Shown here in pieces: positions 19,520-30,591 of a stretch of 64,000 nt of DNA. A program made the position numbers and the translations under genes. Every line of letters starts with the position of its first letter. Position 1 is the stretch's first letter. A model generated the notes under the pieces. The model was not told the origin of the DNA. It did no database searches and saw only the letters and a list, made by a program, of their open reading frames with translations. Source of the stretch: TPA_inf: Saccharomyces (Eukaryota); assembly GCA_000146045.2 (NCBI GenBank), contig BK006937.2, forward strand, positions 160,001 through 224,000, in the 5' to 3' direction.

Positions 19520-22500
19520 ATGAATTCAATTATTAATGCTGCTTCGAAAGTCTTAAGACTCCAAGACGATGTGAAGAAGGCTACTATAATATTAGGAGAT
19601 ATACTGATATTACAACCAATTAATCACGAAGTTGAACCAGATGTAGAAAACTTGGTACAGCATGAACTAACCAAGATAATACAAGGTTATCCCATACAGG
19701 ATAATATGATTATTAATAGCAAAAAAGGCACAGTTGAAGATGACTTATGCGAACTCAATAACTATACCTGTTTTGCACTTTCGAAAAGCTTTGATTTATG
19801 CCATGATAGCAGAAATTTCAACATAGCGCAGCCGAAACGATGGATACAATTATTAGAGACATTAACTGACTCAGTTAGTTTCGCAGTTATTGTTCAAATT
19901 ATTCTCACTTTATCTAACATTTCGCTAATAAATAAACAAACCTTGGGGAAGTTAAAAAAACTGAGGATTCGAATTTTCGAAATACTATCAAATAAAAACG
20001 ATAGTTGGAAATCTACATTACTACAGAAAAATCTTATAGAATGGTACATTTTTATGCTTTCCGTGGATTGCACACCTTTAGAATTGCAAAACTTATATCT
20101 CCATAAGGAGTTGAAATTCTGTAACGGTATCTTGAATTCATTAACACTCCAAGTTTCTGATCCTCGCTCACAAAATTACCTGCAATTTGAGAACACGTAT
20201 AAGCTTTTTCAAATACAAAAGTCATCTAGAATTAACAACTCGTTCCTTTTTTACATAGAATTCAATTCCGTTACCTCAAATAGGATAATGACCATAGAAA
20301 GACACATTTATTTGGAAATTAAGGAAGGCCAGTTTTGTATTTCAAATGATAACTACATAATCGGTTTATTTGAAAACTTCGAATTCGAAGCGGGCACTTT
20401 GTACTTTATTGGAGTTTTAATTGATCACAATAATCGAATAACTCTTTATGTTGATGGAAGTATGATCAATCAGCTCACGTTATTTGAAAACTCTATATGC
20501 CAATTAAGCACTTGTGAACTGGGATCCATGATTTGTTCAATTAAAGTATATAGATTTTATTTGTGGGATGGATTATTAACAGAATTTGCGATAAATATAC
20601 TTCAAGCTATCGGCACCAATTACCAATATACATTTAGCAAGAAAAAAGAAGGGCCTGAAGTTTTATCGCTCTGCCAAGACTTTTTGATCGCTAAGGCTCA
20701 TTTAATGGCCAGGCCTACAACAGAAATATCTTCCACAAAATACATCGATGAGATTGAACTTCTTGAAATGGAAAATATCATTATTGATGTTAACCCAAAT
20801 GATATTCTTCAAGATTTCACCGAATCGTCTAATTTTACGGTAAAATTTGAGGAAAGCACGAACTCGAAAAATATTCCGGAAGTGGGTAAGTGCTATTTCT
20901 ATAGGAGTTCAAACTTGGTTTCAAAATTTGTGTCCATTGATTCTATACGGCTTGCGTTTTTAAACATGACAGAATCCGGTAGTATAGACGATCTGTTTCA
21001 TCATGTATCACATCTGATGAATCTTTTACGAAATATTGATATTCTTAATTGGTTTAAAAAAGACTTTGGCTTTCCTTTATTTGCTTATACTTTAAAACAA
21101 AAAATAACACAAGATTTATCTCAGCCTCTGAATATCCAATTTTTCAATTTATTCTTAGAATTTTGCGGGTGGGATTTCAACGATATTTCCAAATCCATAA
21201 TTCTAGATACTGATGCCTACGAAAACATAGTCCTTAACTTGGATTTATGGTATATGAATGAGGATCAAAGTTCTCTGGCGTCAGGCGGATTAGAAATTAT
21301 CAGATTTCTTTTCTTCCAAATTTCAAGTTTGATGGAAGCCTCTATTTATTCTAAGTTCAATTCCAATAAATTCAATGATATGAATATCCTAGAAAAACTA
21401 TGTTTAAGCTATCAGGCTGTCACAAAAAGAGAAAATCAGAACAGTAAATTTAATGAGCTATCAAGTGATTTAATTTCTGTATTTGTTACTTTATTGAAAA
21501 GCAATACTGATAAACGACATCTGCAGTGGTTTTTACATCTCTCATATTACTTTATTAAGAGAAAAGATGTACGTTCTACAGAGATTATACTTCAAGCGGT
21601 AGATCAACTTTTTTCGTTTTACTTAGATCAAGGTAGTGACGAAAATGCGAAGATACTTTCAGAGATTATACCACTTAAGCTAATACTGATGATTATGGAT
21701 CAAATAGTGGAAAATAATGAATCAAACCCTATTACGTGCTTGAATATCTTATTTAAGGTAGTTCTGACCAATAAACCGCTTTTCAAACAATTTTACAAAA
21801 ATGATGGTTTGAAACTCATATTGACTATGCTTTGTAAGGTAGGGAAAAGCTATCGAGAGGAGATTATTTCTTTGCTTCTCACATATTCTATTGGCAATTA
21901 TACCACAGCTAACGAAATATTTTCAGGTGCTGAAGACATGATTGGAGGAATTTCAAACGACAAGATAACTGCAAAAGAAATTATTTATTTGGCTGTCAAC
22001 TTCATTGAGTGGCATGTGATTAATTCTAATGCCAGTGATTCTTCTTCTGTATTGGACCTGAACAACCATATATTAAGATTCGTCGAAGATCTGAAATCGC
22101 TGAGCGCTGTTCCGATTAATGAATCTGTATTTGATCCTAAAAAAAGTTATGTGATGGTTTCATTATTAGATCTCTCGATAGCTTTGAATGAATCGGAGGA
22201 CATCTCAAAGTTCAAGAGCTCTTCAAAAGTGATTTCAGAGCTCATTAAAGGTAATATAATGTGTGCTCTTACGAAATATGCCGCTTATGATTTCGAAGTC
22301 TATATGAGCACATTTTTTTGTCACAGTACAGAATACAAACTGGTTTATCCAAAAACTGTAATGAACAATTCCAGTTACTTAGAGCTATCATTTATAGTGA
22401 CACTCCTACCCGAAATACTTAATGACCTGGTAGATAGCAATAACAATTTGAACCTGATGATGTTGAAGCATCCATACACGATGTCAAATCTCCTTTATTT

Positions 22501-25500
22501 TCTTCGCAAATTTCGACCTGATACGTCACAGATAGTTATGCCTAAAGATTTTTATTTCTCAAGTTATACATGTCTCTTGCATTGTGTTATTCAGATTGAT
22601 AAATCATCATTTTACCATTTCAAAAACGTTTCTAAGTCGCAACTGTTACAGGACTTCAAAATCTGCATAATGAACTTAATATATTCCAATACTCTAAAGC
22701 AGATAATCTGGGAGAAAGAAGAATACGAGATGTTTTCTGAGTCACTGATGGCGCATCAGGAAGTTTTATTTGCACATGGAGCATGTGATAATGAGACCGT
22801 TGGCTTATTGTTAATATTTTTTGCCAACAGATTACGTGATTGTGGATACAACAAAGCAGTCTTCAATTGTATGAAAGTGATCATTAAGAACAAGGAAAGG
22901 AAACTAAAGGAGGTGGCGTGTTTTTTTGACCCAGCGAATAAAAGTGAAGTACTCGAAGGTTTAAGTAATATCCTCTCATGCAATAACTCTGAAACAATGA
23001 ACCTCATAACTGAACAATACCCATTTTTTTTCAACAATACACAACAGGTACGGTTCATAAACATTGTCACCAATATCTTGTTTAAGAACAACAATTTTTC
23101 TCCAATAAGCGTTAGACAGATCAAAAACCAAGTTTACGAATGGAAAAATGCAAGATCAGAATACGTCACCCAAAACAATAAAAAGTGCCTTATTTTATTT
23201 AGAAAAGACAACACATCCTTAGATTTTAAAATCAAAAAGTCCATATCAAGATACACTTACAACCTCAAAACGGATAGAGAAGAAAATGCAGTTTTCTATC
23301 GAAATAATTTAAATCTTTTGATTTTTCATCTGAAACATACACTGGAGATACAATCAAATCCAAATTCGTCCTGCAAGTGGTCATCGGACTTTGCAGAAGA
23401 TTTTGATGGGATGAAACGGAGGCTTTTGCCTGCTTGGGAACCAAAATATGAACCACTCATTAACGAGGAAGATGCTAATCAAGATACTATAACAGGTGGT
23501 AACAGACAAAGGAGAGAAAGTGGAAGCATTTTATCCTACGAATTTATCGAACATATGGAGACTCTTGAGTCGGAGCCAGTTGGAGATTTGAATGAGAATA
23601 GAAAAATTCTTAGACTTTTGAAGGATAACGATTCCATTGCAACTATTTGGAATTGCAGTTTGATTATTGGATTAGAAATTAAGGAGGGGATTTTAATTCA
23701 TGGCAGTAATTACCTTTACTTTGTAAGTGATTACTATTTTAGTTTAGAGGATAAAAAGATTCTAAAATTATCAGAAGTATCGCAAGAATCACGGGATATG
23801 ACGGTTAGCTTAATTAACGGCCCTGATGTTAAAAGGGTATCAACTTTCCTAAAGCACGAAGTCTTTGTTTGGAAACTTCTCGATATCACTTTCGTTACCA
23901 AACGACCCTTTCTACTTCGGGATGTCGCCATCGAATTATTGTTCAAAGAGAGAGTTAGCGCTTTTTTTAGTTTTTACAACAAAAGAGTGAGAGATGACGT
24001 TTTACGGGTACTGAATAAGATCCCGAAGCACCTTCCAGCAGATCCAATTTTTTCAAGCGTTTTACAAGAAATAAACGACCGAGGAAATAGTATAGTGGCA
24101 AGAAATGGAATAGGAAAGGCAAGCATTGCTTCTAAATTCACTAGCGTCTTCTCAGCGAACAACAGCCTAATAGATGGATTTGAGATCAGCAAAAAATGGG
24201 TTAGGGGAGAGATTTCTAATTTTTATTACCTGTTGAGTATCAACATCCTAGCGGGAAGGTCATTCAACGATTTGACCCAATATCCAGTGTTTCCGTGGGT
24301 TATTGCAGATTACGAAAGTAACGTACTCGATTTAGAGAATCCTAAAACTTACCGGGACCTATCGAAACCTATGGGCGCTCAAAGTGAGAAAAGGAAATTA
24401 CAGTTTATAGAGCGTTATGAAGCTTTGGCTTCCCTGGAAAATGCTGATTCCGCACCATTTCATTATGGCACGCATTATTCCTCAGCTATGATAGTATCTT
24501 CATATCTGATAAGGCTGAAGCCCTTTGTCGAATCCTTTTTGTTATTGCAAGGCGGAAGTTTTGGCCCTGCAGATCGTTTATTTAGTTCGCTTGAAAGGGC
24601 CTGGAGCTCTGCTTCTTCTGAAAATACAACGGATGTCAGGGAATTGACACCTGAATTTTTTTTTCTACCTGAATTTTTGATCAACGTTAATAGTTATGAC
24701 TTTGGTACAGACCAAAGCGGTAAAAAAGTTGACGACGTCGTACTTCCACCCTGGGCAAATGGTGACCCAAAGGTTTTCATTCAAAAGAATAGAGAAGCTT
24801 TAGAAAGTCCTTATGTATCAGCACATTTACATGAATGGATTGATTTGATATTTGGTTACAAACAAAAGGGGGACATTGCTGTGAAATCTGTTAACGTATT
24901 CAACAGATTGAGTTACCCAGGCGCTGTAAATCTAGATAACATTGACGATGAAAATGAGCGCAGAGCTATCACAGGCATTATTCACAACTTTGGTCAAACG
25001 CCTTTACAAATATTTCAGGAACCTCATCCGGAAAAAATAGCCTGCAATGTTCAACAGCTAACAACAGAGGTATGGCGTAAGGTTCCAATGAAGCCAATAT
25101 TTGAGAAGACAATCTTTAATTTGAATGAAAAGAACAGGTCCGTCGATTATGTTATACACGATCCTAGTTACTTCGATTCATTATACTGGAGGGGCTTCGC
25201 TTTCCCAAACTTGTTTTTCAGAACGGAAGAATCGTTAGTGTCATTGAGAATTGTGCATAAAAATTGGTTAAAAATTGGACTAGATATTTTTAAAAAGACG
25301 CATATGGCTCAGATTACATCGTTTGCGTACTGGAAGTTGGGCGAATTCATAACTGGCGATAAAAATGGGCTGATAAAAGTTTGGAAATATCGTAAAGATA
25401 AGCATTCGGTTTCAGGTAACCTTGAGAACAAAAAAACAATGTTTGGGCACCTATGCGAGCTAAAGGAGATGCGCTGTTATCACGACTACAATACGCTTTT

Positions 25501-26023
25501 AACCTTAGACATCAGCGGCTTAGTATATGTCTGGGACATGATTAATTTCGAACTAGTAAGGCAAATAACAAATGATGCGCAAAAGGTCGCAATATCTCAA
25601 CATGCAGGGAGCATTATGGTATTGACTAAGAATAACGCCATTTCGATCTTCAATCTAAATGGACAAATATATACATCAAAGAAATTCGAACCAGCTAAAA
25701 TTGTAAGCTCAATTGATTTTTTTGACTTCACTAAGTTAGACGCAGGTTACAGAAAGCATATCTATTGGAAAGAGATGGAAATACTACTAGTGGGCTTTGA
25801 AGATGGAACTATAGAAATTTACGAGCTCTTTTTGAATTTTCATAATGAATGGGCGATAAAGCTACTGAAGCAGCTCTGTACCGAAAAAGGGAAAGCCATA
25901 ACTAGCATTAAGGGACAGGGGAAGACATACCTGTCCCAGAAAAGACGCAAGGATACAGCAGAGCCTCATGAGATAGAAGTGATTGCGGGAACATTAGATG
26001 GCAGATTAGCTATTTGGTACTAG
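19520..26023 (+). CDS. BPH1: BEACH-domain plus WD40 protein (LYST/Chediak-Higashi homologue), 2167 aa
   Basis: 2167-aa ORF. The BEACH domain is recognisable (NDLTQYPVFPWVIADYES...DLSKPMGAQ...FHYGTHYSSAMIV...EWIDLIFGYKQKG) and is followed by WD repeats. Matches YCR032W. Confidence 0.94.
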   Translation: MNSIINAASKVLRLQDDVKKATIILGDILILQPINHEVEPDVENLVQHELTKIIQGYPIQDNMIINSKKGTVEDDLCELNNYTCFALSKSFDLCHDSRNFNIAQPKRWIQLLETLTDSVSFAVIVQIILTLSNISLINKQTLGKLKKLRIRIFEILSNKNDSWKSTLLQKNLIEWYIFMLSVDCTPLELQNLYLHKELKFCNGILNSLTLQVSDPRSQNYLQFENTYKLFQIQKSSRINNSFLFYIEFNSVTSNRIMTIERHIYLEIKEGQFCISNDNYIIGLFENFEFEAGTLYFIGVLIDHNNRITLYVDGSMINQLTLFENSICQLSTCELGSMICSIKVYRFYLWDGLLTEFAINILQAIGTNYQYTFSKKKEGPEVLSLCQDFLIAKAHLMARPTTEISSTKYIDEIELLEMENIIIDVNPNDILQDFTESSNFTVKFEESTNSKNIPEVGKCYFYRSSNLVSKFVSIDSIRLAFLNMTESGSIDDLFHHVSHLMNLLRNIDILNWFKKDFGFPLFAYTLKQKITQDLSQPLNIQFFNLFLEFCGWDFNDISKSIILDTDAYENIVLNLDLWYMNEDQSSLASGGLEIIRFLFFQISSLMEASIYSKFNSNKFNDMNILEKLCLSYQAVTKRENQNSKFNELSSDLISVFVTLLKSNTDKRHLQWFLHLSYYFIKRKDVRSTEIILQAVDQLFSFYLDQGSDENAKILSEIIPLKLILMIMDQIVENNESNPITCLNILFKVVLTNKPLFKQFYKNDGLKLILTMLCKVGKSYREEIISLLLTYSIGNYTTANEIFSGAEDMIGGISNDKITAKEIIYLAVNFIEWHVINSNASDSSSVLDLNNHILRFVEDLKSLSAVPINESVFDPKKSYVMVSLLDLSIALNESEDISKFKSSSKVISELIKGNIMCALTKYAAYDFEVYMSTFFCHSTEYKLVYPKTVMNNSSYLELSFIVTLLPEILNDLVDSNNNLNLMMLKHPYTMSNLLYFLRKFRPDTSQIVMPKDFYFSSYTCLLHCVIQIDKSSFYHFKNVSKSQLLQDFKICIMNLIYSNTLKQIIWEKEEYEMFSESLMAHQEVLFAHGACDNETVGLLLIFFANRLRDCGYNKAVFNCMKVIIKNKERKLKEVACFFDPANKSEVLEGLSNILSCNNSETMNLITEQYPFFFNNTQQVRFINIVTNILFKNNNFSPISVRQIKNQVYEWKNARSEYVTQNNKKCLILFRKDNTSLDFKIKKSISRYTYNLKTDREENAVFYRNNLNLLIFHLKHTLEIQSNPNSSCKWSSDFAEDFDGMKRRLLPAWEPKYEPLINEEDANQDTITGGNRQRRESGSILSYEFIEHMETLESEPVGDLNENRKILRLLKDNDSIATIWNCSLIIGLEIKEGILIHGSNYLYFVSDYYFSLEDKKILKLSEVSQESRDMTVSLINGPDVKRVSTFLKHEVFVWKLLDITFVTKRPFLLRDVAIELLFKERVSAFFSFYNKRVRDDVLRVLNKIPKHLPADPIFSSVLQEINDRGNSIVARNGIGKASIASKFTSVFSANNSLIDGFEISKKWVRGEISNFYYLLSINILAGRSFNDLTQYPVFPWVIADYESNVLDLENPKTYRDLSKPMGAQSEKRKLQFIERYEALASLENADSAPFHYGTHYSSAMIVSSYLIRLKPFVESFLLLQGGSFGPADRLFSSLERAWSSASSENTTDVRELTPEFFFLPEFLINVNSYDFGTDQSGKKVDDVVLPPWANGDPKVFIQKNREALESPYVSAHLHEWIDLIFGYKQKGDIAVKSVNVFNRLSYPGAVNLDNIDDENERRAITGIIHNFGQTPLQIFQEPHPEKIACNVQQLTTEVWRKVPMKPIFEKTIFNLNEKNRSVDYVIHDPSYFDSLYWRGFAFPNLFFRTEESLVSLRIVHKNWLKIGLDIFKKTHMAQITSFAYWKLGEFITGDKNGLIKVWKYRKDKHSVSGNLENKKTMFGHLCELKEMRCYHDYNTLLTLDISGLVYVWDMINFELVRQITNDAQKVAISQHAGSIMVLTKNNAISIFNLNGQIYTSKKFEPAKIVSSIDFFDFTKLDAGYRKHIYWKEMEILLVGFEDGTIEIYELFLNFHNEWAIKLLKQLCTEKGKAITSIKGQGKTYLSQKRRKDTAEPHEIEVIAGTLDGRLAIWY

Positions 26024-26488
26024 GCATCACATCGTAACGCCTTTCTTTAAATGATTCAATTTTTGTAGTTTATATCTTTACTTTTGAAACTGATTTCTCA
26101 TCCCATCTAGTATTGTAATTGCGTACGTATCCAATATCATTACCAACGCCGGGTATTTTTTTCTAGTATTTCTTCTCCATTTCGCCTATGGAAAACGGCA
26201 AAAGGGTAAAAGAAAAAAACAAACGATTAATTCTTCTTTGAATTATGTAAAAATCAAAACGCAACCGCAGATTTAATAGAGACCAGAAATTCGGATTACT
26301 ATTGACTTTGTGCACCACCTTCAAATTTACTCATTGTTTAAGACAGGCAGTGGGAAAGAAGCCGTCATATTGCTCGAATCCTTAACAAGCAAAATATACA
26401 ACCACTAAATTATTCCGAAAGGGCCTGCTTAATAATTTGCCTACTAACTTGTGCATAGAACAGCAAACAGAAACAAAGCGTAAGAAAC

Positions 26489-29400
26489 ATGGGGTATCCG
26501 CCACCTACACGAAGGCTTGGAGATAAGAAAAGGTACCATTATTCCAATAATCCTAACCGAAGGCATCCTTCCGCTGTTTATTCCAAGAATAGCTTTCCAA
26601 AATCAAGCAATAATGGATTTGTATCTTCTCCTACTGCCGATAATTCAACAAATCCGTCTGTAACTCCCAGTACTGCATCTGTACCTCTTCCTACAGCGGC
26701 ACCTGGAAGCACGTTTGGTATCGAAGCACCCAGGCCATCTCGATATGATCCGAGCTCAGTCAGTAGGCCTTCGTCATCATCTTATTCGTCAACAAGAAAA
26801 ATTGGAAGCCGTTATAACCCAGATGTGGAAAGATCCTCTTCAACCACTAGTTCAACTCCGGAAAGTATGAATACGAGCACCATAACACACACCAATACGG
26901 ATATCGGAAACTCACGCTATTCTCGAAAAACCATGAGCAGATATAATCCTCAATCTACTAGTTCTACAAACGTTACCCACTTTCCCTCGGCATTATCAAA
27001 CGCTCCACCGTTTTATGTTGCCAACGGGAGTTCTCGGAGACCTCGATCAATGGATGATTATAGTCCTGATGTAACGAACAAGCTCGAAACAAATAATGTT
27101 TCATCTGTTAATAATAACAGCCCTCATTCTTATTACTCTAGGAGCAACAAATGGAGATCCATTGGAACGCCTTCCAGACCACCATTTGATAATCATGTCG
27201 GCAATATGACGACCACCAGCAATACTAACTCGATCCATCAAAGGGAACCTTTTTGGAAAGCAAATAGTACTACTATTTTAAAATCAACTCATTCACAGTC
27301 ATCGCCTTCCCTTCATACTAAAAAATTTCACGATGCGAATAAATTGGACAAACCAGAGGCTTCAGTTAAAGTTGAAACACCCAGTAAAGATGAGACAAAA
27401 GCCATATCGTACCATGATAACAATTTTCCACCAAGAAAATCAGTTTCTAAACCTAATGCACCTTTAGAACCCGATAATATCAAGGTTGGCGAAGAAGATG
27501 CATTGGGGAAAAAAGAAGTACATAAAAGTGGGCGTGAGATAGCAAAGGAACATCCTACTCCTGTAAAAATGAAAGAGCATGATGAACTAGAAGCTCGCGC
27601 TAAAAAAGTAAGTAAAATCAATATTGATGGAAAGCAGGACGAAATTTGGACGACGGCAAAAACAGTGGCCAGTGCAGTCGAAGTTTCCAAAGAAAGTCAA
27701 AAGGAACTAACACGCTCTGTTGAAAGGAAGGAAAGCCCAGAAATTAGAGATTATGAAAGAGCATACGATCCGAAAGCCCTGAAAACAGACGTAACAAAGT
27801 TGACAGTAGACAATGATAATAAAAGTTACGAAGAACCTCTTGAAAAAGTGGAGGGGTGTATTTTCCCATTACCAAAAGCAGAAACGAGATTATGGGAATT
27901 GAAAAACCAGAAAAGAAACAAAATAATAAGTGAACAAAAGTACTTACTGAAAAAGGCAATTAGGAATTTCTCAGAGTATCCTTTTTACGCACAGAACAAA
28001 CTTATACATCAGCAGGCTACCGGACTTATCTTGACGAAAATTATATCAAAGATAAAAAAGGAAGAACATTTGAAAAAAATAAATTTAAAACATGATTATT
28101 TCGATCTCCAGAAGAAGTATGAAAAAGAATGCGAAATTTTGACTAAACTGAGTGAAAATTTAAGGAAGGAAGAAATCGAAAATAAACGTAAAGAGCACGA
28201 ACTAATGGAGCAGAAAAGACGTGAAGAAGGTATCGAAACAGAAAAGGAAAAAAGCTTACGGCATCCATCCTCGTCTTCCTCATCTCGTCGCAGAAATAGG
28301 GCTGACTTCGTTGATGATGCGGAAATGGAAAATGTATTGCTACAAATCGACCCAAATTATAAACATTATCAGGCTGCTGCAACAATTCCTCCGCTAATTT
28401 TAGATCCAATCCGCAAACACTCTTACAAATTCTGTGATGTAAATAACTTGGTTACAGACAAAAAGCTTTGGGCGTCTAGAATATTGAAAGACGCCTCTGA
28501 CAACTTTACTGACCATGAGCACTCTTTATTTTTGGAGGGTTATTTAATTCATCCTAAAAAATTTGGTAAAATTTCTCACTACATGGGCGGCTTAAGAAGT
28601 CCTGAAGAGTGTGTCCTACATTATTATAGAACAAAGAAAACTGTGAATTATAAACAACTTCTTATCGATAAGAACAAGAAAAGAAAAATGTCAGCCGCTG
28701 CCAAGCGCCGCAAGAGGAAGGAAAGAAGTAATGACGAGGAAGTCGAAGTTGATGAGAGTAAAGAAGAGTCAACGAACACGATAGAGAAGGAAGAAAAAAG
28801 TGAGAACAATGCCGAGGAAAATGTTCAGCCGGTTCTAGTTCAAGGTTCTGAAGTGAAAGGTGATCCATTAGGTACACCGGAAAAAGTTGAAAATATGATT
28901 GAACAGAGAGGCGAAGAGTTTGCAGGTGAATTGGAAAATGCTGAGAGGGTAAACGACTTAAAAAGGGCGCATGATGAAGTTGGAGAAGAGAGCAATAAGT
29001 CCAGTGTAATAGAAACCAACAATGGGGTACAAATAATGGATCCAAAAGGAGCTGTTCAGAATGGTTATTATCCAGAGGAGACCAAAGAACTTGACTTCAG
29101 TTTAGAGAATGCGTTACAGAGAAAGAAACACAAATCTGCACCAGAGCATAAAACAAGTTATTGGAGTGTTCGTGAATCTCAACTCTTTCCAGAATTGTTG
29201 AAGGAGTTTGGCTCTCAATGGTCTCTCATATCAGAAAAACTGGGTACCAAATCTACTACAATGGTAAGGAATTACTACCAAAGAAATGCAGCTCGCAATG
29301 GATGGAAATTACTGGTTGATGAAACCGACTTAAAGCGAGATGGGACTAGTTCAGAATCTGTACAACAATCTCAAATTTTGATACAACCAGAACGACCAAA

Positions 29401-30169
29401 CATCAATGCCTATAGTAATATTCCTCCTCAACAAAGACCGGCTTTGGGTTATTTTGTTGGACAACCAACTCATGGGCATAATACATCTATTTCATCTATC
29501 GATGGCTCTATAAGACCATTTGGGCCTGATTTTCATCGTGATACCTTTTCTAAAATTAGTGCTCCTTTAACCACTTTACCACCACCAAGACTACCATCTA
29601 TTCAGTTTCCTCGTTCAGAAATGGCAGAACCTACAGTGACAGATTTGCGTAACAGGCCCTTAGACCATATTGACACGTTGGCTGATGCAGCTTCGTCAGT
29701 AACAAATAATCAAAACTTCAGTAATGAAAGGAATGCAATTGACATTGGCCGTAAATCGACGACAATCAGCAATCTATTGAATAATTCGGATCGAAGCATG
29801 AAATCTTCTTTCCAAAGCGCTTCAAGACACGAAGCACAGCTCGAAGACACTCCCAGCATGAACAATATTGTAGTACAAGAAATAAAACCGAATATTACTA
29901 CGCCAAGATCGAGTTCTATTTCTGCATTACTAAATCCTGTAAATGGGAATGGGCAATCAAACCCAGATGGAAGGCCGTTGCTGCCATTTCAGCATGCTAT
30001 TTCTCAAGGCACTCCTACTTTCCCTTTACCGGCCCCTCGCACTAGTCCAATAAGTCGTGCGCCTCCAAAGTTCAATTTTTCGAATGATCCGTTGGCAGCT
30101 TTGGCTGCGGTTGCCTCCGCGCCAGATGCAATGAGCAGTTTTTTATCTAAAAAGGAAAATAATAATTGA
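26489..30169 (+). CDS. SNT1: Set3C histone deacetylase complex subunit with two SANT domains (NCoR/SMRT-like), 1226 aa
   Basis: 1226-aa ORF with an S/T/N-rich N-terminus, a coiled-coil K/E-rich middle region and SANT domains (HEHSLFLEGYLIHPKKFGKISHYMGGLRSPEECVLHYYRTKK and YWSVRESQLFPELLKEFGSQWSLISEKLGTKSTTMVRNYYQRN). Matches YCR033W. Confidence 0.92.
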   Translation: MGYPPPTRRLGDKKRYHYSNNPNRRHPSAVYSKNSFPKSSNNGFVSSPTADNSTNPSVTPSTASVPLPTAAPGSTFGIEAPRPSRYDPSSVSRPSSSSYSSTRKIGSRYNPDVERSSSTTSSTPESMNTSTITHTNTDIGNSRYSRKTMSRYNPQSTSSTNVTHFPSALSNAPPFYVANGSSRRPRSMDDYSPDVTNKLETNNVSSVNNNSPHSYYSRSNKWRSIGTPSRPPFDNHVGNMTTTSNTNSIHQREPFWKANSTTILKSTHSQSSPSLHTKKFHDANKLDKPEASVKVETPSKDETKAISYHDNNFPPRKSVSKPNAPLEPDNIKVGEEDALGKKEVHKSGREIAKEHPTPVKMKEHDELEARAKKVSKINIDGKQDEIWTTAKTVASAVEVSKESQKELTRSVERKESPEIRDYERAYDPKALKTDVTKLTVDNDNKSYEEPLEKVEGCIFPLPKAETRLWELKNQKRNKIISEQKYLLKKAIRNFSEYPFYAQNKLIHQQATGLILTKIISKIKKEEHLKKINLKHDYFDLQKKYEKECEILTKLSENLRKEEIENKRKEHELMEQKRREEGIETEKEKSLRHPSSSSSSRRRNRADFVDDAEMENVLLQIDPNYKHYQAAATIPPLILDPIRKHSYKFCDVNNLVTDKKLWASRILKDASDNFTDHEHSLFLEGYLIHPKKFGKISHYMGGLRSPEECVLHYYRTKKTVNYKQLLIDKNKKRKMSAAAKRRKRKERSNDEEVEVDESKEESTNTIEKEEKSENNAEENVQPVLVQGSEVKGDPLGTPEKVENMIEQRGEEFAGELENAERVNDLKRAHDEVGEESNKSSVIETNNGVQIMDPKGAVQNGYYPEETKELDFSLENALQRKKHKSAPEHKTSYWSVRESQLFPELLKEFGSQWSLISEKLGTKSTTMVRNYYQRNAARNGWKLLVDETDLKRDGTSSESVQQSQILIQPERPNINAYSNIPPQQRPALGYFVGQPTHGHNTSISSIDGSIRPFGPDFHRDTFSKISAPLTTLPPPRLPSIQFPRSEMAEPTVTDLRNRPLDHIDTLADAASSVTNNQNFSNERNAIDIGRKSTTISNLLNNSDRSMKSSFQSASRHEAQLEDTPSMNNIVVQEIKPNITTPRSSSISALLNPVNGNGQSNPDGRPLLPFQHAISQGTPTFPLPAPRTSPISRAPPKFNFSNDPLAALAAVASAPDAMSSFLSKKENNN

Positions 30170-30591
30170 ACAAACGGCTGAGACGGGCAATACATATGCT
30201 CTACTTCTTTTCCATCCAATGGTTGGTGAAACTCTCGAGCATACATTACCTTACGTGTGTTAGTGTACTATATTATATATATATATATGTATATATATAA
30301 AGGGAGGAGTTTTTAATTATAATTGTAATTTCGTATTTTTTCTGCATTATACAGTTTTTTCCGATTTTAAACGACTTTATTTAAGTGTCGTGTAAATATG
30401 TCACATTTTATTTTTGTACGTATTCACATGTCCTGGCGTGCGGCCATTGCTGAAAATCGCAAAACCCACAGAGAAATAAACATCGCGAAAAAGTCAATGA
30501 AAAATTGGAAAATATTTTTCATTTCACTATTATCCACAAGCAATTTTGTACAAAGTGAAAAGGTTGAACTAATTATCTTCGTCTAGAAGCC

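Noticed and set aside
22756-24684. Short minus-strand ORFs inside BPH1
   Set aside because: They are antisense to the BEACH-domain gene and are random open frames in AT-rich coding DNA.
27328-29045. Several 60-127-aa minus-strand ORFs inside SNT1
   Set aside because: They are antisense to a well-supported 1226-aa SANT-domain gene. Their compositional bias comes from the K/E/S-rich SNT1 codons.
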